Source of the DNA: Candidatus Aenigmatarchaeota archaeon
Lineage (GTDB): Archaea > Aenigmatarchaeota > Aenigmatarchaeia > CG10238-14 > SCSR01
DNA: 11,446 nt
Direction: 5' to 3'
Assembly (NCBI GenBank): GCA_039091335.1
Contig: JAWCME010000012.1
Span: 1-11,446 of the forward strand
Shown: positions 5,983-11,446 of the stretch, one piece after another
Position numbering within the stretch: position 1 is the stretch's first letter
Layout: the number at the start of each line of letters is the position of its first letter
Program-made: the position numbers and the translations under genes
Notes under the pieces: generated by a model
Databases searched by the model: none
Seen by the model: the letters and a program-made list of their open reading frames with translations, nothing else
What the model was told of the DNA's origin: nothing

Positions 5983-8451
5983 TCACTTGAAAAAGCTTAA
6001 TATTTTTTTCTGTTTTTTTTCATTTAATATTTCTTCTTTTGTTATCCCAAGTGCTTTCAATACACGCATGCTAGCAGGAAGTATTTGATGATGAATATAA
6101 TACTCAGGATCATATTCTATGGCTTCTACATCTTCAACGGGTTCGGCCCTATCAGAAATGGAGCCAGGGCCCTTTACTATTACAAAACCTATGATATTCC
6201 CCTCACCTATTGGCCTTCCCCTAGCTCTCGCTTTTTGTGCAGCTTTCACATGAGGACCAATTTGTTCATATTGATTTAAAGGTCTGGTTATTTGTTCGAA
6301 GATTGTTAGTTCTTCAATTGGAATTTTTCCTTCTTTGATTTTATTGATAGTATCTCTTACAATTTGGACAGCCTTCTCAGGATTTTTTTCTTTTAGGACT
6401 GTAATTAAAACCTCTCTTTGTATTTTTTTACTTAATTCGCACCAATCTCTTCTTATAGCTTCATATCCCCTTATTTCGATGTTGCCTTTATAGTCTAACA
6501 AAGCGTACCTTTTTTTAGCACCAACTTCACCTCTTTCTCTTGCAACAAAAATACCACCCTCATAAATATCCCTGAATTCTAGTTCTATTATTCCAGGAAG
6601 CTTATCATCTATTTCCTTCACAAACCTTTCACCAATCTCAATCAATTTTTCTTTTGATGTTTCTTTTGGATACCTTACCATTAAAGAGTCTGTGTCACCA
6701 TAGATTATTTCAAAACCAAATTTTTCGGCTTCTTTAACTACAGTTGTAATGTAATGTCTTCCGAATGCTGCTGTAGCGGCGCCACACTCCCTTTTGTACC
6801 ATTTTGCACCAACAAACCCAAAATACCCGTAAGAAGCATTTGCTATAATCTTCAAAGCATATTGTAAATTGTCTAGTCTTTTCCACTCCTCACTGTTTTT
6901 TCTTATCTTTTTCATCATTTTTTTAATTTCTTGCCTTTTTGTTATCAATTCTTCTAAGTGTTTTGGTATAAAGCCTTTATTTTTTATGCAAAAATGCCAT
7001 GTGGTTTCTGGAACTTTATTTTTTTCTTTGCATTCAACATGCTCACAATTTAAAGTTTCTGGGCTTATGTTGTGAGACACTATTATCGTTGGATACAGGC
7101 TTCTAAAGTCAAAAGCTAAAATGTTAGAATGAATTCCTTTTTTTGGTTCAATAACTATTGCTCCTTTATAAACAGGTGCCATTTTCCTTTTTTCTATTTC
7201 TTCAGTTTTTGGTCTGTTTGGTATTACCACATTATCAACAAAAGCCCTTCTCATGTAAAATGCTTCAACAAGCTGAGAATAAGTGTTTCTACAAACATCA
7301 AAAGGCAAAAGGCCCGTTAGTCTGCTCAAAGCAAAAATTTGGGGCAATATCAATTCAGATAGCTTAAAAGTTAGTATGGAATCGTGAAGACTATATTCTG
7401 CTAGCCTTTCCATTTTTTCTCTTTTGCTCCAAATATCAACCATTTCTTTATATCCCATCTCCTTTTTGCCAATTCCAAGCAACTCTTGTGCCACCTCATT
7501 CAAAGTCAAAACTTCACTTTTCAGACTTGCTGAAAGGATGTGATCGATGAAATTAAAAATGTCTATGTGAACTCTGCCCCTGATTTTTGTTGAACTGATT
7601 CTCCCCCTTCTGACTAAATAGAGAAGCGAATTATCTCTACCCATTTTTATAGAAAACTTTAATTCTTCAGCCCTTTCTTTAAGTTTAGGGAAATCAAAAT
7701 TATCGCCATTGTAAGTGCATATGAAGTCGGGATCTTCTTCTTTAACAATTTCCAAGAACCTTTCTATTATTTCTTTTTCCCCTTTAAGACATTCTACATA
7801 ATCAGGATGATTTTCCCATGACTTAGAAGTTAAGACTTTCTTTTTTCCACTGTTAGAAACGAAGCTTAGCATGATTAGTTTTGACTTTCCATTTTCTTCT
7901 ATAAACTCTGTGTCAAAGGCTAAAATATTTAGTTTGGAGTCAAAATCTTGTTTTATTGGTTTGACAGAATTTGCTTTTATGATGAAATCCACGTGATAAT
8001 TCTCTAAATTTTTCAACTCTTCTCCTATTACCTCAATCCAACCCATTGGTTCTATTTGATTGTCAATCAAATAACGTTTGTAAAAAGAAATGTCATATTC
8101 GTAAGTTTCTTCTACCTCTTCCAAATCTTTTATTAAATCTCTTACATCTGGAATTTTTCTGGGATTATCTATTACTATTTTTAATATCTCAATATCTTCA
8201 GATTGCAGTTTTTTTCTAACTACTTCAGCTTTAATTATTTTTGTTTCAAAGTTTTTTGTGTCCATTTCTTCAATTTTTTTCTTCAATTTCTCAACTTTGC
8301 CCTTTTTTGGTATTGCATAAAAGTAAGGATAAAAGCCTTGGTCTAGAACTAAGAAACTTTTGCCCTTAGAATCTTTACAGTAAAGCTTAACAGTAGGTTT
8401 TCCTTCTAGCATGGTGTAATCTGCATCTAAAAGAAGCAAATTTTCTTTCAA
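5983..8451 (-). CDS. polB: DNA polymerase family B (archaeal PolB3-like), no intein
   Basis: Exo I AFDTE, Exo II YNGDNFD, Exo III YSLHD; polymerase motifs DFRSLYPTII, KIIANASYGY, YGDTDS, KKRY; C-terminal PIP box QKKILSFF. TTG start. Confidence 0.97.
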   Translation of the reverse strand: MKENLLLLDADYTMLEGKPTVKLYCKDSKGKSFLVLDQGFYPYFYAIPKKGKVEKLKKKIEEMDTKNFETKIIKAEVVRKKLQSEDIEILKIVIDNPRKIPDVRDLIKDLEEVEETYEYDISFYKRYLIDNQIEPMGWIEVIGEELKNLENYHVDFIIKANSVKPIKQDFDSKLNILAFDTEFIEENGKSKLIMLSFVSNSGKKKVLTSKSWENHPDYVECLKGEKEIIERFLEIVKEEDPDFICTYNGDNFDFPKLKERAEELKFSIKMGRDNSLLYLVRRGRISSTKIRGRVHIDIFNFIDHILSASLKSEVLTLNEVAQELLGIGKKEMGYKEMVDIWSKREKMERLAEYSLHDSILTFKLSELILPQIFALSRLTGLLPFDVCRNTYSQLVEAFYMRRAFVDNVVIPNRPKTEEIEKRKMAPVYKGAIVIEPKKGIHSNILAFDFRSLYPTIIVSHNISPETLNCEHVECKEKNKVPETTWHFCIKNKGFIPKHLEELITKRQEIKKMMKKIRKNSEEWKRLDNLQYALKIIANASYGYFGFVGAKWYKRECGAATAAFGRHYITTVVKEAEKFGFEIIYGDTDSLMVRYPKETSKEKLIEIGERFVKEIDDKLPGIIELEFRDIYEGGIFVARERGEVGAKKRYALLDYKGNIEIRGYEAIRRDWCELSKKIQREVLITVLKEKNPEKAVQIVRDTINKIKEGKIPIEELTIFEQITRPLNQYEQIGPHVKAAQKARARGRPIGEGNIIGFVIVKGPGSISDRAEPVEDVEAIEYDPEYYIHHQILPASMRVLKALGITKEEILNEKKQKKILSFFK

Positions 8452-8476
8452 GATCTCACTAATAAATTATTTTCAA

Positions 8477-8484
8477 TTTAAAAG
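8477..8484 (-). promoter_or_regulatory. Putative TATA box for polB
   Basis: Minus-strand CTTTTAAA 26-33 nt upstream of the TTG start. Confidence 0.4.
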
Positions 8485-8693
8485 GATTTAGTTTGTAAAA
8501 GTTTTTGAAAATACTCCACGCAACTAATTAGGGTGTGGCCTTGTAAGAAAATAAGCCGTTTGACAGAAGAAATGTTTTATGCGGACTATCAAGGAAGAAA
8601 ACCTGTTGAGACTATTCAAATTTGTCCAAAATGCTCAAGGAGAAAAGAATTGTGATATGGTTTGGTCTTGTTGATGCAATGGTGCTTGCTGGA

Positions 8694-8724
8694 ATGAGAA
8701 AATTAATGCCTTAATTTTTCTCAT
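8694..8724. terminator. Inverted repeat/hairpin downstream of the YbaK-family gene; possible terminator or protein-binding site
   Basis: ATGAGAAAATTAA-TGCC-TTAATTTTTCTCAT forms a 13-bp stem with one bulged T and a 4-nt loop, 36 nt past the stop at 8761. Confidence 0.4.
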
Positions 8725-8760
8725 AGAAATTTTTAAATAACAAGTTGTCTTTAATTGTAT

Positions 8761-9225
8761 TTAATCACTTATTTTGAAAACTTTCACTTCTTTTAACTTT
8801 AAAATGTCTTCTGGCTTCATTTCGATTCCATACAAACAATCGCCCGAGCCAAAGTTAACTCTTTCTAAGTCTAAAACTTCTTCGTCCATCACAAGCGGAA
8901 TATCTAACAACAAGGGACACACTGCCCCACGTTCTACACCACTCGCCTCTTTTACTTCTTCTAAATTTGCCAAGTTAACTTTCGAGTTTAACACCCCCCG
9001 AAGCCTATCTAAATTGATTTTTTTATCTCCTTTTAAGAAAACCCCCACATATCCTTTATTTGTTTTCACTATCAAAGTCTTACATATTTGTTCTGGTTTT
9101 ATATCCTCCTTCGAAAATTTAACTACATCTTCTACTGTTATTGCCCTATCCTTTAACTCAATTAAACGAAATTTTATACCCCTTTCTTTAAGTTGATTTG
9201 TCAATTTGATTAAATTTTCATTCAT
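8761..9225 (-). CDS. YbaK/ProX/EbsC-family aminoacyl-tRNA deacylase (trans-editing domain)
   Basis: ICKTLIVK carries the conserved Lys; SGVERGAVCP is the G-x-x-x-P loop; NFGSG and the 154-aa size also fit. Confidence 0.9.
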   Translation of the reverse strand: MNENLIKLTNQLKERGIKFRLIELKDRAITVEDVVKFSKEDIKPEQICKTLIVKTNKGYVGVFLKGDKKINLDRLRGVLNSKVNLANLEEVKEASGVERGAVCPLLLDIPLVMDEEVLDLERVNFGSGDCLYGIEMKPEDILKLKEVKVFKISD

Positions 9226-9373
9226 CCTATCTTATAAAGTAATTTAATCTATGCATTAATTACTTTTATGAGTTTAGGTAAAAAACAAATTCATGGAAAG
9301 TTTGCTTTACAACTTTACAAAAAACAAATAGCAACCGAGTGTTTGGTATACTTACGAACAACAAAGGCTCAAC

Positions 9374-10015
9374 TCATTTAAAAACAAAACCAGTTTCTTT
9401 GAACCACAACAATAGATCTAATTCATCAAGAGGGATATCGATTTGCTTTGAGAATTTTCTCATCTTATCTTCAATCTTAATATATTCTTTTTTTGTCAAA
9501 CTTTTTGGGATTTTTTCAATTATTCCAAATTCTTTTAAGCCCCTTAAGATGTGAATATCCAATATTGACAACTGGTTTTCACTAAGGCCAATGTTTCTTA
9601 GGAAGTGAGAAGCTTCTTTCATTCCAAAACCTTTTATATTATTAACAAGCCACTCCCTTAGTTCTAAAGGATCTATGAAAGATTGGAGAAATTCTTTAAT
9701 CTGAATTTTTCCATTCACTATAAACTTTTTTCTAGCTTCTACTATATAATTTGCTTTGTTTTTGCTAAACCTTACTTTTAGAAATGGTAGAATTTGTTCA
9801 ACAGTACCTCTATATAATAGACCATTTTCCACTAATTTGTTTATAGACTCCCAAGCATCTTTTGCTTTTGATTGTGGTGTACAAATACAGAAAGCAAGTT
9901 CAGCAAAAATTTTTTCATTATCTTCATTTATCATTTGCTTGAATTCAAGGAGCTTTCTTCTAATCTCTTCTTTCTTTTCTTCATACAACCCCACCAGCTC
10001 ATCAATTTTCTTCAT
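9374..10015 (-). CDS. ogg: 8-oxoguanine DNA glycosylase/AP lyase (Ogg2 family)
   Basis: ELAFCICTPQS, helix-hairpin-helix IKGFGMKEASHFLRNIG (catalytic Lys), ILDIHIL (catalytic Asp), LDLLLW and the C-terminal Lys typical of Ogg2. Confidence 0.93.
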   Translation of the reverse strand: MKKIDELVGLYEEKKEEIRRKLLEFKQMINEDNEKIFAELAFCICTPQSKAKDAWESINKLVENGLLYRGTVEQILPFLKVRFSKNKANYIVEARKKFIVNGKIQIKEFLQSFIDPLELREWLVNNIKGFGMKEASHFLRNIGLSENQLSILDIHILRGLKEFGIIEKIPKSLTKKEYIKIEDKMRKFSKQIDIPLDELDLLLWFKETGFVFK

Positions 10016-10018
10016 ATT

Positions 10019-10924
10019 TCATTCCTCAAAAACAATTTTCTTTTCTTCAAACTTAGTTTCAGGATATTTTTGGTACAATTCTTTTCTCATCGCTTCCAAC
10101 ATCTCTACAGGCTTACCCAAAAATTCAGCAGCTGTTAAAACATTAGTTTTCATTTCTTTACCTGTTTTGAATATTAAAGACATTTTCTCTTTATATTTTA
10201 AATCTCTGAGAAAATGATGATCTAAAATTAGGGTTTTTGGTGGAACCTCTTCCAAAATTTTAATTAGGTTTTTTACCGAAGCTTGAAAATTTTCATAGCC
10301 GTACCTATAACCGAGCATGTAAGTCATGGGACCATCAACAATCAGAAAATCTGGTTTGTTTTCTAGGATAAATTCAACTTGGTCTTTAATTGCAGGTCCT
10401 TCAACATCACTTGTGAAAATGAGTTTTTCATTACCTTCTTTCATTAAAACTTCGACAACCCAACCCAATTTTTGGCTCGTACCATGAAAAACTGGTTGAG
10501 AAAAAATAATTTCTGTTCTACCAAACTTAAACTCTTTTCCGTCTACATAGTCTAAACTTTCAGGAAGATCTTTAATTTTTTCAAGAAAGAAAGATGCCCT
10601 TTGTTTTTGGCTGAAATTTATTTTTTCTGTTGGGTGTTTAATAAGAACAATTTTTCTTTTGTAAATTTCTAAATTTTCCAAAGGATTGAAGTGATCATAA
10701 TGATAGTGTGTGATTACCAAAACTTGAGATCTCATTGCAAATTCAACTATTTTTTTCCAATGTTCTTCCAATCTTTTTAATTCTGTAGAGTGTGGTTGAA
10801 GACCATATCTAATTGGTGCTAAAGAAACACCAGGGTCTATAAGAATTTTATTATTTTTTGTAGCAACCAAACAGGCCATAGATCTTGTCCCAAGGCTATC
10901 AAAAGCTATAGGCAAAATTTCCAT
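10019..10924 (-). CDS. UPF0282-family metallo-beta-lactamase-fold hydrolase
   Basis: MEILPIAFDSLGTRSMA, IDPGVSLAP, THYHYDH (HxHxDH), INFSQKQR, VFHG, FTSDVEGP, LDHHFLRD, TAAEFLG. ATG 10924 lies 1 nt after the pyrG stop; GTG 10933 is an alternative start. Confidence 0.9.
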   Translation of the reverse strand: MEILPIAFDSLGTRSMACLVATKNNKILIDPGVSLAPIRYGLQPHSTELKRLEEHWKKIVEFAMRSQVLVITHYHYDHFNPLENLEIYKRKIVLIKHPTEKINFSQKQRASFFLEKIKDLPESLDYVDGKEFKFGRTEIIFSQPVFHGTSQKLGWVVEVLMKEGNEKLIFTSDVEGPAIKDQVEFILENKPDFLIVDGPMTYMLGYRYGYENFQASVKNLIKILEEVPPKTLILDHHFLRDLKYKEKMSLIFKTGKEMKTNVLTAAEFLGKPVEMLEAMRKELYQKYPETKFEEKKIVFEE

Positions 10925-10925
10925 C

Positions 10926-11446
10926 TTATTCACTTAGGCAAGCTTTTATTAAACCATCAAACAAAGGAGCTGGTCTAAGTGGGCGTGATTTAAATTCAGG
11001 GTGAGCTTGTGTTGCAACAAAGTAAGGATGGTTTTCAAGCTCAATGAATTCTACCAGTCTTCCATCTGGAGAAACTCCAGAAAAAATAAGACCATTTTTT
11101 TGTAATATTTCATGAAACCTTTGATTAATTTCAAATCTATGTCTATGTCTTTCTCTTATTTCTTTTTGTTTATTGTATAGCTTCCAAACAAGTGTACCTT
11201 CTTTTAAAATCGCTGGCCAAGAGCCAAGTCTCATGGTTGCACCATATTTTGATTCTTCCATCAATTTTTTCTGTTCTGGCAAAATATCTATAACAGGGTA
11301 AGGCGTGTTAGGATCAAATTCAGTAGAGTTTGCGTTTTTTAGACCACAAACATTTCTTGCAAATTCAACAACAGCTAACTGCAGACCCAAGCACAAACCC
11401 AAAAAAGGAATTTTGTTTTCTCTTGCATATCTTATTGCGGCTATTT
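10926..11446 (-). CDS. pyrG: CTP synthase, C-terminal glutaminase domain (5' part outside the window)
   Basis: The frame is open to the window edge. It contains GLCLGLQ (catalytic Cys), [15 protein letters not shown] and [10 protein letters not shown] (His-x-Glu of the triad). Confidence 0.96.
   Translation of the reverse strand, partial: IAAIRYARENKIPFLGLCLGLQLAVVEFARNVCGLKNANSTEFDPNTPYPVIDILPEQKKLMEESKYGATMRLGSWPAILKEGTLVWKLYNKQKEIRERHRHRFEINQRFHEILQKNGLIFSGVSPDGRLVEFIELENHPYFVATQAHPEFKSRPLRPAPLFDGLIKACLSE

Noticed and set aside
6085..7367. Four short plus-strand ORFs
   Set aside because: All are antisense within polB with low-complexity shadow composition.
5983..8451. Possible intein or inactivated PolB
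   Set aside because: The length is 822 aa with contiguous motifs, and all exonuclease and polymerase catalytic acidic residues are present.
5965..8460. Near-direct repeat flanking polB (AAGATTCTCACT at 5965-5976, AAGATCTCACT at 8450-8460) as an insertion scar or frameshifted GTG start
   Set aside because: Short, imperfect and located at translation-start regions. There is no mobility gene, and the TTG start already gives a normal PolB N-terminus.
8657..8740. MVWSC-TGA-CNGAC frame followed by a hairpin, as a possible selenocysteine read-through
   Set aside because: Very short and unlike any selenoprotein I know. The hairpin lacks archaeal SECIS features, and TGA is an ordinary stop in neighbouring genes.
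8701..9261. 9-bp inverted repeats (AATTAATGC / GCATTAATT) flanking the YbaK-family gene as transposon ends
   Set aside because: Too short and AT-rich, with no target-site duplication or transposase.
8774..10217. Plus-strand ORFs 8774-9196, 9339-9554, 9756-10217 and 9872-10138
   Set aside because: Antisense shadows of the YbaK-family, ogg and UPF0282 genes.
1..11446. CRISPR array, tRNA, rRNA or IS element
   Set aside because: I saw no regularly spaced repeats, no GC-rich structured RNA segment and no transposase or integrase motifs; almost all the sequence is accounted for by CDS.

Overview
AT-rich, gene-dense archaeal chromosomal window with no CRISPR array, rRNA, tRNA, transposase or integrase that I can see. 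Type II MetAP, a PolB with a PIP box, Ogg2, UPF0282 and BRE/TATA promoters indicate an archaeon; DPANN (Aenigmarchaeota-like) is my impression only. Left to right: acylphosphatase (partial, -), map (-), a 599-aa orphan with N-terminal helical repeats and a C-terminal Cys-Cys domain (+), two divergent small winged-helix genes, an operon of wHTH, AmmeMemoRadiSam radical SAM enzyme, SufT/DUF59 and ferredoxin (+), a sequon-rich membrane protein and PolB (-), a ~310-bp gap with possible gene relics and a hairpin, a YbaK/ProX deacylase (-), and a pyrG-UPF0282-ogg operon (-). The strongest unexplained signal is a perfect 24-bp palindrome (3369-3392) between the TATA box and start codon of the wHTH-amrS-sufT-fdx operon. 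It suggests a regulated radical-SAM/Fe-S module without the usual AmrA/AmrB neighbours. All family calls come from motif recognition by eye; no database searches were run.
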